DNA from: Candidatus Poseidoniaceae archaeon
GTDB lineage: Archaea; Thermoplasmatota; Poseidoniia; Poseidoniales; Poseidoniaceae
Length of the DNA stretch: 32,000 nucleotides
NCBI GenBank assembly: GCA_943789275.1
Contig: CALSTM010000003.1
Coordinates: 240,001-272,000, forward strand
Direction: 5' to 3'
Shown: piece after piece, positions 16,311 to 24,506 of the stretch
How the letters are laid out: each line of letters starts with the position of its first letter
How positions within the stretch are numbered: position 1 is the first letter of the stretch
Program-made: the position numbers and the translations under genes
The notes under the pieces: model-generated
Seen by the model: the letters and a program-made list of their open reading frames with translations, nothing else
Databases searched by the model: none
Told to the model about the DNA's origin: nothing

Positions 16311-16739
16311 ATGACTGAAGACTCGAAATTCAGTACACTCGCCCCCCGAGGTTCTTTGCAGAGGTTTACCCTTGCTGGTGGTTTCAACAGCGTTGTGTTC
16401 TTTGCGTTGTGGGAATGCATCCGTTTTTTCCTTGACGATGACAAAACCAGCATCCGCCTCGCTTGGGCTGTTTCTTGGGGCGCAACAGCGTTCATGGCCC
16501 ATTTCATTCATCGTTGGTTCACGTTTGATAACAGGAAATCAATGCAGTGGACCATCGGCTCATCCTTTGGCGCCTATGCGTTCAGTTTGACCGGTTCCAC
16601 TTACACCATTGGGCTGTTTGCCGGTGAGCCCGGCGACACACTTCGTCTTCTTGGTATACTCAATATGCTGGTCTGGGGATTAATTATTTGGGCCATCATG
16701 CGGCTCTTTGTGTTCCAGTACAAGGTCGAACAAGGTTAG
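16311..16739 (+). CDS. GtrA-family membrane protein
   Basis: 142 aa with 4 predicted TM helices. RFTLAGGFNSVVFFALW ... FIHRWFTFDN fits the GtrA-like pattern. Starts 1 nt after the previous stop. Confidence 0.65.
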   Translation: MTEDSKFSTLAPRGSLQRFTLAGGFNSVVFFALWECIRFFLDDDKTSIRLAWAVSWGATAFMAHFIHRWFTFDNRKSMQWTIGSSFGAYAFSLTGSTYTIGLFAGEPGDTLRLLGILNMLVWGLIIWAIMRLFVFQYKVEQG

Positions 16740-17104
16740 ACGGCGTGCGTTTCCAGCAACTCCATTGGTACAACGAGCAGTGCCTTTTCGTGCGTTGCTT
16801 CAAGATCGATGGGACACCCTTTGCCAGCATTAAGAGCGGCCAGCCAGGTGCGAGCGCATACGCACCACGAATCTCCTGGCTTGAGTCCGGGGAAAGAGAA
16901 ATGCGGAGCAGGAGTGATCAAATCGTTACCCTGAGATTTAGCGAACTCGAGAAACTCTTTGGTAACTACACAACATACCGTGTGGGAACCACGGTCGTTT
17001 TCGTCGGTGTTGCATGAACCGTCACGGTACCACCCGGTGTTCGGGTCGCAGGAACAGGTATCAAGCGGCTGTCCCAAGACATTTTTACTTGCGTCCATGA
17101 ACAT
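16736..17104 (-). CDS. DUF2237 family protein
   Basis: NVLGQPLDTCSCDPNTGWYRDGSCNTDENDRGSHTVCCVVTKEFLEFAKSQGNDLITPAPHFSFPGLKPGDSWCVCARTW matches the DUF2237 consensus closely. The track start is the GTG at 17116; ATG options are 17104 and 17098. Confidence 0.85.
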   Translation of the reverse strand: MFMDASKNVLGQPLDTCSCDPNTGWYRDGSCNTDENDRGSHTVCCVVTKEFLEFAKSQGNDLITPAPHFSFPGLKPGDSWCVCARTWLAALNAGKGCPIDLEATHEKALLVVPMELLETHAV

Positions 17105-17236
17105 TTGAGACGACACTCAGTCATCAACTCTTGCATTCCTCCTCGTTGACGGGTACAGGCATTCAAGCTTCAAAACGTGAAGGAAAGCATCAGAACAGGC
17201 GTTGGGTTCTAAGTCTATGTCCGCCACGGCAGTGCA

Positions 17237-17668
17237 ATGCTACCGGATACAGTCCACAAACTCCCTCGAGAAGAACGCTTTGCTTACGCTCGCCTACTGG
17301 CGTTCATGGCACGTGTTGACAACGAACTTACCGTTGACGAAATGGCGATGTTTGAGCAGCGTTTGGGGACTGCACTGTTGTCACCCTCTCAGCGTAAGAT
17401 GATTCGTAATGCTTTGAAAACACCTCCTTCTTTAGAAGAGTGCCTGGAAGGCATGGGTGAAGAAACTGGGCGCCTCGCTTTGCGGGATGCGACGTTGATG
17501 GCAGCCGCTGATGGCGAAGTCGATGATGATGAAAAAGAGGTCCTGCAACAAATTGTTGAGCACTTTGGGATGGCTTCAGATTCCATGGAACGCCTCCTTA
17601 AATGGACCTCACAAGGGTACACTTGGATGCAAAAAGGCTACGACATTCTGAATGATATTTCGGAGTGA
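17237..17668 (+). CDS. TerB-domain protein (tellurite-resistance TerB family), copy 1
   Basis: FAYARLLAFMARVDNELTVDEMAMFEQ ... LALRDATLMAAADGEVDDDEKEVLQQIVEHFGM is the bipartite ADG-x-E TerB pattern. Confidence 0.75.
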   Translation: MLPDTVHKLPREERFAYARLLAFMARVDNELTVDEMAMFEQRLGTALLSPSQRKMIRNALKTPPSLEECLEGMGEETGRLALRDATLMAAADGEVDDDEKEVLQQIVEHFGMASDSMERLLKWTSQGYTWMQKGYDILNDISE

Positions 17669-18099
17669 AGTCTGTGTATCTTGACCTCGCAGTGGACTTT
17701 GCGCAAGAGGACGTCACCGGTTACGCCGAACTGATGGTGATTGTCGCTTCAGCAGATGGAACCCTTGTCAAAGAAGAGTTGGCTATCATCGAGGCTCTTA
17801 TGGGTCGCTGTATGATGCACCCAGAGATGCGAGTCTCCATTCGAAACATGCTTGAATCCCCTCCTTCGTTGGACTTGGTCGTTGCCAAACTGAATCCCGT
17901 CGTTTTGAAAATCGCTCTTCGCGATGCTATGCTTGTAGCAGCCGTCGATGGCGAGTATGACGATTCGGAAATCAAAGTTATCAAAGCCATAGCCAGAGCT
18001 GCTGGCGTACGCAAAAAGGAACTCTCCGCTTTGTTCGAGTGGGTCAAATCCGGCTGGAAATGGCATAACGAAAGTTTCCAACATCTAGGCCTCCTCTGA
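17665..18099 (+). CDS. TerB-domain protein, copy 2 (tandem paralog)
   Basis: The GTG start at 17665-17667 overlaps the upstream TGA at 17666-17668. YAELMVIVASADGTLVKEELAIIEAL ... IALRDAMLVAAVDGEYDDSEIKVIKAIARAAGV. Confidence 0.75.
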   Translation: MKSVYLDLAVDFAQEDVTGYAELMVIVASADGTLVKEELAIIEALMGRCMMHPEMRVSIRNMLESPPSLDLVVAKLNPVVLKIALRDAMLVAAVDGEYDDSEIKVIKAIARAAGVRKKELSALFEWVKSGWKWHNESFQHLGLL

Positions 18100-18112
18100 G
18101 TTCAGTTTCGCG

Positions 18113-18137
18113 TTTTTCAAACCCTTTGAGAAAGGGT
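18113..18137 (+). terminator. T5 run followed by a 7-bp hairpin, 14 nt after the TerB copy-2 stop
   Basis: ttttt at 18113-18117. The stem is 18121-18127 (acccttt) pairing with 18131-18137 (aaagggt), loop gag. Oligo-T tracts act as archaeal termination signals. Confidence 0.4.
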
Positions 18138-18182
18138 CACATTCAAACCAGTTAAGCCAGCCCGCTTGGTTGGGTGGGACTA

Positions 18183-20177
18183 ATGCAGAGCGGAGTAAGT
18201 GGATGGTACGCACGACTGGACCGATGTCTTGAGAACCGCACCGAACAAATCCATATTTGGCTTGCTGCATGGGAGAAGTCTCTCCTCGTACATCAACCAA
18301 TTGCTGCGCTTTTGCCAGAAGATTGGCCAACTCTTCCAGCCAATCTGCTCACCGACCCAGGACATGTCCTCGACCATCTTCTTGCGCGACACGATGCCGA
18401 AGCGGATGGCCGCTCTCCTCGTGGCGCTCACCCGACCCCTCCTCGCTTGGCCGATGCCGTCATTGCATCGGAATTGCTTGAAAGCCTTACTCGCCCAAAG
18501 ACGCCAACCCAACCCTCCTCGATGCACCTGAACAACCTCCCTCCAGGTTTCCGTCAACATCTCGAGAAACTCAACCTCCCTCAACACGCCCAAGAACCAG
18601 AAGTCGACGACGAAGTCGAGTTTGAGCGAGTCGAGAACGGCATGCGTACATTGAGCGGTATCCCTCTACCAGTGGCCGATACTTCGTGCGGTGGAGGAAT
18701 TTTCCACGCTCGTCTTATTCGCCGTCACGCAGAGAGCCACTCCGACAGCACTGAAGAAAAGAAAATGGCAGACACTCGACTGCTGTTGTCCTCCTTCCAA
18801 CTCCTTGACAACGACGAATTGGTTGTCGCCTCAACTCGTCAGCGACTTCTTTTGGAATGTATTCGCTTTGACCTTGTCAGTCTCAAATCAGACAAACCAG
18901 GGTGTCTTCCTCGCAAGGAAGCAGAAGAAGTGTTGAACCTCGCCGTTCGCCAAGGCGACACACTTCAAGGCGATTGGCCTTGGAAAGAAAATCCGAACCT
19001 CATCGTCACCAACCCGCCATGGTTGCGAATCAAAGACCGGTTTCGAGGAATGGAAGAAGGAAGTAAACTACGCCGTGAACTCGGTGAGCAACTTCGGGCC
19101 CTTTCCGACAACGGAATCCAACGCTTCTCGACCATGAGAGGAAACGTCAACCTCTACCGCTTGTTCATCGAACGCGGTCTACAAATTCTTGAGACCGGTG
19201 GCCGCCTCAGACTCATCGCTCCGGACAGTATTCTACGAGAGCAATCCTCTCACCCTCTTCGCCAACTTTTGGTTGAAAGCCACGGTTGGACTGACATTTG
19301 GGCCATTGAAGAAGCAAACCACTTGTTCCCTGGCATGACCCAAGGGGTTGCCGTCCTCGGTATTTCGGCAAAGAGCGAATCCGAGAAGTTGGTCGTCTTC
19401 GGACCGATCAGTCGAGCTGATTTGCGCCGTGACCAACAAGGCCTCTCCAACCGCGTCCCTTCGTTTGAGATGGAAACTGAACGCTGGGTGGCTTGGGCCA
19501 AAGACACATGGGCAATTCCTCGACTTCCTCGAGACCGTGTTGAGCGCAAGCAAACCCTCGAGATTCTCGACCGTCTTGCTCGACTTCCACGAATGGGTGA
19601 GGCCCAGCACGCTATTGCAACCAACGGCCATACCGTTCGAGTCCGCGTTGGAGAAATCGACCAAACCGCTCACTCAAAATCGATTGAAACTTGGGTCAAA
19701 GGCCGAGGCTCTCGTCCTTTCATTCGGGGCGTTCATTTCTCAGAGGATGAAGACGGTCAAGTGTTTGTCCGCCATCCAGCATTCCGCACAGACATCCCTT
19801 CCCGTGCGAATGAACGCCAATTGGCAATGTGGTGCGGTGGAGCAGACCCAAAATTCGGTCCTCGTCTTGCTTGCCAGGCTATTGTTAACGCCCATCAAGA
19901 ACGCCGACTTCGCTGGGCGGTAATTCCTGCAGGTTGTGTTCTTGGTAACAGCGTCAATCACATTGAACTCCATGCGGACATCCAAGCTCGATTGGTTGAC
20001 AGTCACGGTACGCTTGAAAAAGCACTTCACTGGATGTGCGAATTGCTGAATGCAAAAGACCTCGATGAATGGGCTCGGGCTTGGTCAGCAAACAACAACG
20101 TCAACAATTACGAATTGGAAATGCTCCCTCTTGAAGTTTCATCAGAAATTCCGGATTTCGTAATCTCAGCGCGGTAA
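18183..20177 (+). CDS. N6-adenine DNA methyltransferase-like protein, gamma-class motif order (Eco57I/TaqI-like), with a long C-terminal putative target-recognition region; no nuclease domain seen
   Basis: ORF 18174..20177 (GTG start); ATG at 18183. Motif X-like GAHPTPPRLADAVIASEL, motif I DTSCGGGIF (18678..18704), motif IV TNPPW (NPPW at 19011..19022), then RLIAPDSIL. The C-terminal ~330 aa ends ...NNVNNYELEMLPLEV. Confidence 0.7.
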   Translation: MQSGVSGWYARLDRCLENRTEQIHIWLAAWEKSLLVHQPIAALLPEDWPTLPANLLTDPGHVLDHLLARHDAEADGRSPRGAHPTPPRLADAVIASELLESLTRPKTPTQPSSMHLNNLPPGFRQHLEKLNLPQHAQEPEVDDEVEFERVENGMRTLSGIPLPVADTSCGGGIFHARLIRRHAESHSDSTEEKKMADTRLLLSSFQLLDNDELVVASTRQRLLLECIRFDLVSLKSDKPGCLPRKEAEEVLNLAVRQGDTLQGDWPWKENPNLIVTNPPWLRIKDRFRGMEEGSKLRRELGEQLRALSDNGIQRFSTMRGNVNLYRLFIERGLQILETGGRLRLIAPDSILREQSSHPLRQLLVESHGWTDIWAIEEANHLFPGMTQGVAVLGISAKSESEKLVVFGPISRADLRRDQQGLSNRVPSFEMETERWVAWAKDTWAIPRLPRDRVERKQTLEILDRLARLPRMGEAQHAIATNGHTVRVRVGEIDQTAHSKSIETWVKGRGSRPFIRGVHFSEDEDGQVFVRHPAFRTDIPSRANERQLAMWCGGADPKFGPRLACQAIVNAHQERRLRWAVIPAGCVLGNSVNHIELHADIQARLVDSHGTLEKALHWMCELLNAKDLDEWARAWSANNNVNNYELEMLPLEVSSEIPDFVISAR

Positions 20178-20197
20178 TCATGTAAATGAGGCCCAAC

Positions 20198-20203
20198 TTT
20201 TTT
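20198..20203 (+). terminator. T6 run 21 nt after the methyltransferase stop
   Basis: tttttt at 20198-20203, in the 121-bp spacer before the next gene. Confidence 0.35.
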
Positions 20204-20243
20204 CGGGTTACTATCCGTTATGGATGGGAAGAGTTCAACATCA

Positions 20244-20250
20244 TTTATTA
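20244..20250 (+). promoter_or_regulatory. TATA-like box (tttatta) upstream of the NTPase gene
   Basis: About 50 nt upstream of the ATG at 20299. GGTGAG at 20287-20292 lies 6 nt before that ATG as a plausible Shine-Dalgarno. Confidence 0.25.
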
Positions 20251-20298
20251 CTGATAAGCCACTGGGGCCAATGTAGCGATGTTCGTGGTGAGTCAATA

Positions 20299-20880
20299 AT
20301 GGGAATTCATCCAAAAATCGGTATTACAGGTTTGCCACGCAGTGGAAAATCAGCTGTCATGGAAAAAGTTCTCGAGATGCTTGGGGACGAACGAGCCCGT
20401 GAGATTAAGTTGCGTGGTACCCTGACGGAAGCACCGATTATTGGAGGTATGCGAACTGAACCAATCATGGATGGCAGTGAGCGCTTAGGATACAGCGTGT
20501 TCAATATTGTCACCGGTGAAAACGCAATTATGGCTCACAAGAACATCGATTCACGTTTGCGCGTCTTAGGCTACGGAATAGACACTGAAGCACTGGAAAC
20601 CATCGCAATCCCAGCAATCGAATATGCCCGCGATGAATGTGAAGTCGTGGTCATTGACGAGATTGGAAAGTTCGCCGTCGAAAGCGAAGCGTTCGTCAAC
20701 GTCGTTCGTAGTGCTTTGGAAGTTGACAAACCAACGCTTCTTACACTTCACAAGAAGAGCCGACACCCGCTCCTTCAAGACATTCGTCGACGTGACGATG
20801 GTCGTATTTTGGAAGTCACTCCAGTTAACCGGGCCCTCTTGCCGTATAAGATTCACAAGCTCATGCGTGAAACCTATTGA
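20299..20880 (+). CDS. THEP1/NTPCR-type nucleoside-triphosphatase
   Basis: ORF 20224..20880; likely start is the ATG at 20299. Walker A IGITGLPRSGKS, Walker B VVVIDEIGKF, then LLTLHKKSRHPLLQDI. About 190 aa, as in the archaeal THEP1 family. Confidence 0.75.
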   Translation: MGIHPKIGITGLPRSGKSAVMEKVLEMLGDERAREIKLRGTLTEAPIIGGMRTEPIMDGSERLGYSVFNIVTGENAIMAHKNIDSRLRVLGYGIDTEALETIAIPAIEYARDECEVVVIDEIGKFAVESEAFVNVVRSALEVDKPTLLTLHKKSRHPLLQDIRRRDDGRILEVTPVNRALLPYKIHKLMRETY

Positions 20881-20926
20881 CGAGAACCGCCGTTGGTTTC
20901 ATTGCCTTGTTGTTCTACGCCTGTCT

Positions 20927-21265
20927 ATGAGCAACCCTTCACTGTCAGCCTCCACGCTCCTTTTGGGGACGGGAGTTGGCTGTTTTCTTATTGCTGCCTT
21001 TGGGTTTGTCCAAGGCAGAATCTCTCTGGATTCTCTAAGTCCAGGAATGGCTTTTCCAGTGCTCGGTCTGGTGCTTGTTGCGGTATCACGTTCGATCCGT
21101 TCAGGACTGGGACCGTTTACTGCTTCGTTCCCTCAAGAGGATGATGAGATGCTCGTTGAACGCGTACGACGCGACCTTGAGACCACGCGTAAAGAGGAGA
21201 GCGTTGGTTCAGCTTGGGCTGAACTTGAGGCATCGGTTCTTGAGTCTGAACTCAGTGAAGAATAA
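20927..21265 (+). CDS. Small membrane protein (two TM helices, acidic C-terminus)
   Basis: This is the downstream part of ORF 20624..21265. The upstream part is an alternative frame inside the NTPase gene. The ATG at 20927 gives MSNPSLSASTLLLGTGVGCFLIAAFGF... Confidence 0.45.
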   Translation: MSNPSLSASTLLLGTGVGCFLIAAFGFVQGRISLDSLSPGMAFPVLGLVLVAVSRSIRSGLGPFTASFPQEDDEMLVERVRRDLETTRKEESVGSAWAELEASVLESELSEE

Positions 21266-21269
21266 CGCC

Positions 21270-22640
21270 TCACTGCATTTCAACCATTGATTTGGATTGG
21301 ATTCGAACATGCAAAGCCAGTCCAACTGATCCGATTACCCCTGGAAGCCAACCGATCCACAAGGCGGCCATGAACGGAACACTCCATCCAAGAGGTATGG
21401 CAGCCGCAGCAACGGTGACAATCAACATTGGATACAACACGAAGGACGTTGAAGGGGAGTCAACATCTTTCTCAATATACCATGAAGTTACCGATGACCA
21501 TGGTAACGCCACCCAAATTGCTGGAAGCAGGAGTATTGCAAACGGTGTAAACATACTCATGAGAACTGGCGCATACAGCAGCGTCATTTTCATCCACCAA
21601 ATTTCCGGCCGAGGTGCTGCATCGAACCCGAGCGCTGGCATGAACTGCACCAGCATCAACGAAGAAATAGCAATGGAGGAAATCCAAACGCCGTAGGTAT
21701 AAGGCCCAAGATCGTCCCCCAACACCTCCAATTGGTTCAGATGGAGTGGCGTCAAGAGCAGAATTGCCACGGCCATTATGATGGCGAGAACGGCTATGCT
21801 GAGACTGCGTCCCTCGCCATGGTTCAGTTCAGAATCTGAGCGTACTGCAGGTTGAAGGATCACAGCGAAACAAACGGCCAGATGCATCGAGAGGACCAGC
21901 GGCAGGAGCATGCTTTGTTCGTGCAACTGACTCAACCAATCACCTTCAATATCGATGGCAACGGTGAGATAGCACAGAGCAACTACGGCTAAGATGAGGA
22001 CTTTGAGACGTGCTCTGCTGGCCAGTGTTTGAAAATGAGGTCCTGCAAGGAACAGCGTCGAAACGGCAAATAATTCTCCGCCAAACATCAGCAACCCTCC
22101 AAGAAGGGCCAACGGTACAAAATTCTCCCATCCTGGAATCGGACCGATTGTTTCGACAGGGAACTGAGCAGGTTCCGAATAGGCTTGTTCTGGGAAAAAC
22201 AAGGTGGTTGAAGCGAGGGCAAAGGAGGCAGTGAACATCATCAGCCTATTGCGAAATTTCTGACGTAAAGCCGGTCGGACGGCTGAGATGCTGGGGAGGT
22301 GTTCGCTAAGCACAGCAAATAAGAACACCAGCAGCATGATGATTTCAATTCCACCGTCTCCAGTCAACATCAATTTGAACTCGTGTGAAGAAAAGCTTCC
22401 TGCGCCAAGATACTTTGTCACTTCAAGATGGGCCATATCATGGGAAAAAATGGCTCTGAAGCGATATATGACCATCACGGACAGTTGAACTGGAGGCAAC
22501 CAGCGTACGATGAATACAGCGTTTTTCCAAAACGCTGTGCCTTTATGATCAGCATACCGCTCCATTGAGCCAAACCATATCCAGGCAAAAAGCCCGAACA
22601 CCAATGCGGGCAAGAACCACGGCATCGCATCGCCCAACAT
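21270..22640 (-). CDS. Polytopic (about 12 TM) membrane protein of unknown family
   Basis: ORF 21270..22976. The upstream 112 codons overlap the divergent RNA methyltransferase gene, so I prefer the ATG at 22640 (MLGDAMPWFLPALVFGLFAWIWF...). Hydrophobic helices run throughout; no transporter signature recognised. Confidence 0.55.
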   Translation of the reverse strand: MLGDAMPWFLPALVFGLFAWIWFGSMERYADHKGTAFWKNAVFIVRWLPPVQLSVMVIYRFRAIFSHDMAHLEVTKYLGAGSFSSHEFKLMLTGDGGIEIIMLLVFLFAVLSEHLPSISAVRPALRQKFRNRLMMFTASFALASTTLFFPEQAYSEPAQFPVETIGPIPGWENFVPLALLGGLLMFGGELFAVSTLFLAGPHFQTLASRARLKVLILAVVALCYLTVAIDIEGDWLSQLHEQSMLLPLVLSMHLAVCFAVILQPAVRSDSELNHGEGRSLSIAVLAIIMAVAILLLTPLHLNQLEVLGDDLGPYTYGVWISSIAISSLMLVQFMPALGFDAAPRPEIWWMKMTLLYAPVLMSMFTPFAILLLPAIWVALPWSSVTSWYIEKDVDSPSTSFVLYPMLIVTVAAAAIPLGWSVPFMAALWIGWLPGVIGSVGLALHVRIQSKSMVEMQ

Positions 22641-22691
22641 AGATTGGACGGGGGGGATGAAGCCCTTGAGGATGGCGGAAGCAACATAGAT
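22635..22691. promoter_or_regulatory. Direct repeat caacatagat(t/g)gg x2 in a divergent intergenic region
   Basis: Copies at 22635-22647 and 22682-22694 match at 12 of 13 positions, 47 bp apart. They lie between the membrane-protein start (22640, minus) and the methyltransferase start (22712, plus). Confidence 0.3.
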
Positions 22692-22711
22692 GGGCGACAG
22701 GACCCACAGAC

Positions 22712-24502
22712 ATGTCGCGCAATGAATGGCAGGAGCAAGACCTTCTTGCCGTGGCGCGCGATACACCACTGGCCAATCTTGCGAAGAACCTCGGCTACGA
22801 TCTTGAAAAATGGATTCCAGCGGCAACAACTTCTCTCCCCGAAACATTGCGAGTGACGCTTGCCAGACACGATAAAGAGTGGACTGAATCACTTCTTCGT
22901 GAACTTGGAGGGGCTCCGTTACCTTGGGCGGAAGACAATTTCGCTTGGCAGATGCCGTTTGCACGAGGCCAAGCACCGGATGTTCGAAGCAAACACATCC
23001 TCAGCCTTCTTCACGAGTCTGGCCGCATCACTCGTCAAGAAGCAGCAAGTATGCTACCGGTTGTGGTTTTGGACCCAAAACCAGGCCAATTGATTCTCGA
23101 TTTATGTGCAGCACCCGGTTCCAAAGCAACCCAAGTCGCTGAGGCTGTAGCCCCGAACGGCGTTGTGGTTGCCAATGAGCCGGTGTCCGGACGCGTAAAC
23201 ATGCTTGTTTCAAACCGAGGCCGGCTCTCGACCTCGAACATGCTCATCAATCAACAAGACGGGCGTCATATCGGTCGCATACCCCCACCGGGATACGATG
23301 GTATCGTGGCTGATGTCCCATGTACAGGTTCAGCAACTTCGCGCAAAAACCGAAATGTATGGTGGAAATGGTCCCCCAAAGAGAGCCGGACTTTGTTCAG
23401 ATTACAAGTTGAAATCACAACACGCGGGGCAAGTTTGCTACGGCCCGGGGGGAAACTCGTTTATTCGACATGCAGTATCGACCCTTGTGAAAACGAGGCG
23501 GTTGTCGCACAACTTTTACGTCAACTCCCTTACCTCGAACTGATTGATATCGATGAATCCAAATTGAAGGGGCTCAACTTACGACAGGGTTTGGACGATT
23601 GGGATGTTCTGGACAAAGAATCAAATCCACTTCCGAGGGGCGAGGAGGTGCCTCGCACTACCTTTCTCCAACCCGCTCACATGAGCCCTTCAGCCCGTCT
23701 CCACTGGGCGCAATCCTTCGATGAAGAAATTGATGAAGCGTTGGAGAAAGAGATCGAATCCCAGTTGACGAAATGCCGACGCCTTGTCCACCACGACAAC
23801 AATACAGGAGGTTTCTTTGTGGCCATGTTTCGACATCGGCCTGAAGCGACTCCTGAAGGTATTGCGCGAACCTTCATCCGTCGTCGACAACCATCATCCG
23901 ATTCAGGTTGGGAGCCATTGCTTTTGGACCAACCACATACCAACCGTCATACCATTTACGCTGCACCGCAGGAAATCATCGATGAAGCATCGTCTCGGTA
24001 CGGTATAGCACAAGACGATGTCTCGTGGTGGGTTCGAGGAAAACGGCTCAACATTGCTCCAAAAATGGTTGATGAACGTATTTTCAATCAAAAATGCCCG
24101 AACAAGCGTGGCAATCTTTGGCCCGAAGGAACCTTTCATCCGCTGAAGCTGATACATGCTGGTCTGCCTGCATTTACCAAAAAAAGAGGTGCGTGGCGTT
24201 CAAGACAGGAAGCAGTTCCTGCGCTTCATTCCCTCATTACTGAATCCAAAATCCCAGTTTCATCAGAAGTTTTGGAACGTATGCTTTCGGGATGGGCGCC
24301 CTTACTTGATGATTACAACGAGGAGTTTGAACCGATTCAAATCGATGGCCCACTTCTTCTTTCATGCGAACTGTCAAGTGGAGAAGAACTCATTTCAGCC
24401 TGGGCAGGGGCAAGGTTAACCTTGATGATGGACGAGAAAGGCAGAGATGTTTTGCGACTTAAACTTGGAATGCCGTTCCAATACGAAACTGAGGAAGAGT
24501 GA
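22712..24502 (+). CDS. NOL1/NOP2/Sun (RsmB/F-like) RNA cytosine-C5 methyltransferase with a long C-terminal extension
   Basis: ILDLCAAPGSKATQVAEAV (SAM motif I), DGIVADVPCTGSATSRKN (motif IV Cys) and GGKLVYSTCSIDPCENEAVV (motif VI Cys) are present. About 260 aa follow the catalytic core. Confidence 0.85.
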   Translation: MSRNEWQEQDLLAVARDTPLANLAKNLGYDLEKWIPAATTSLPETLRVTLARHDKEWTESLLRELGGAPLPWAEDNFAWQMPFARGQAPDVRSKHILSLLHESGRITRQEAASMLPVVVLDPKPGQLILDLCAAPGSKATQVAEAVAPNGVVVANEPVSGRVNMLVSNRGRLSTSNMLINQQDGRHIGRIPPPGYDGIVADVPCTGSATSRKNRNVWWKWSPKESRTLFRLQVEITTRGASLLRPGGKLVYSTCSIDPCENEAVVAQLLRQLPYLELIDIDESKLKGLNLRQGLDDWDVLDKESNPLPRGEEVPRTTFLQPAHMSPSARLHWAQSFDEEIDEALEKEIESQLTKCRRLVHHDNNTGGFFVAMFRHRPEATPEGIARTFIRRRQPSSDSGWEPLLLDQPHTNRHTIYAAPQEIIDEASSRYGIAQDDVSWWVRGKRLNIAPKMVDERIFNQKCPNKRGNLWPEGTFHPLKLIHAGLPAFTKKRGAWRSRQEAVPALHSLITESKIPVSSEVLERMLSGWAPLLDDYNEEFEPIQIDGPLLLSCELSSGEELISAWAGARLTLMMDEKGRDVLRLKLGMPFQYETEEE

Positions 24503-24506
24503 GTCA

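Noticed and set aside
18085-18330. ORF 18085..18330 (-), 81 aa
   Set aside because: It spans the terminator hairpin and is antisense to the methyltransferase 5' end. It has no recognisable motif or RBS.
1-20300. Recombinase plus orphan methyltransferase as markers of one large integrated element
   Set aside because: They are 17 kb apart with ordinary housekeeping genes between them (rimK, nadC, CoA and dehydrogenase genes). No flanking direct repeats were found by eye, and the recombinase looks Xer-like.
20624-20926. Upstream part of ORF 20624..21265 (+)
   Set aside because: It is an alternative frame inside the well-supported NTPase gene. Only the portion after the ATG at 20927 is membrane-protein-like.
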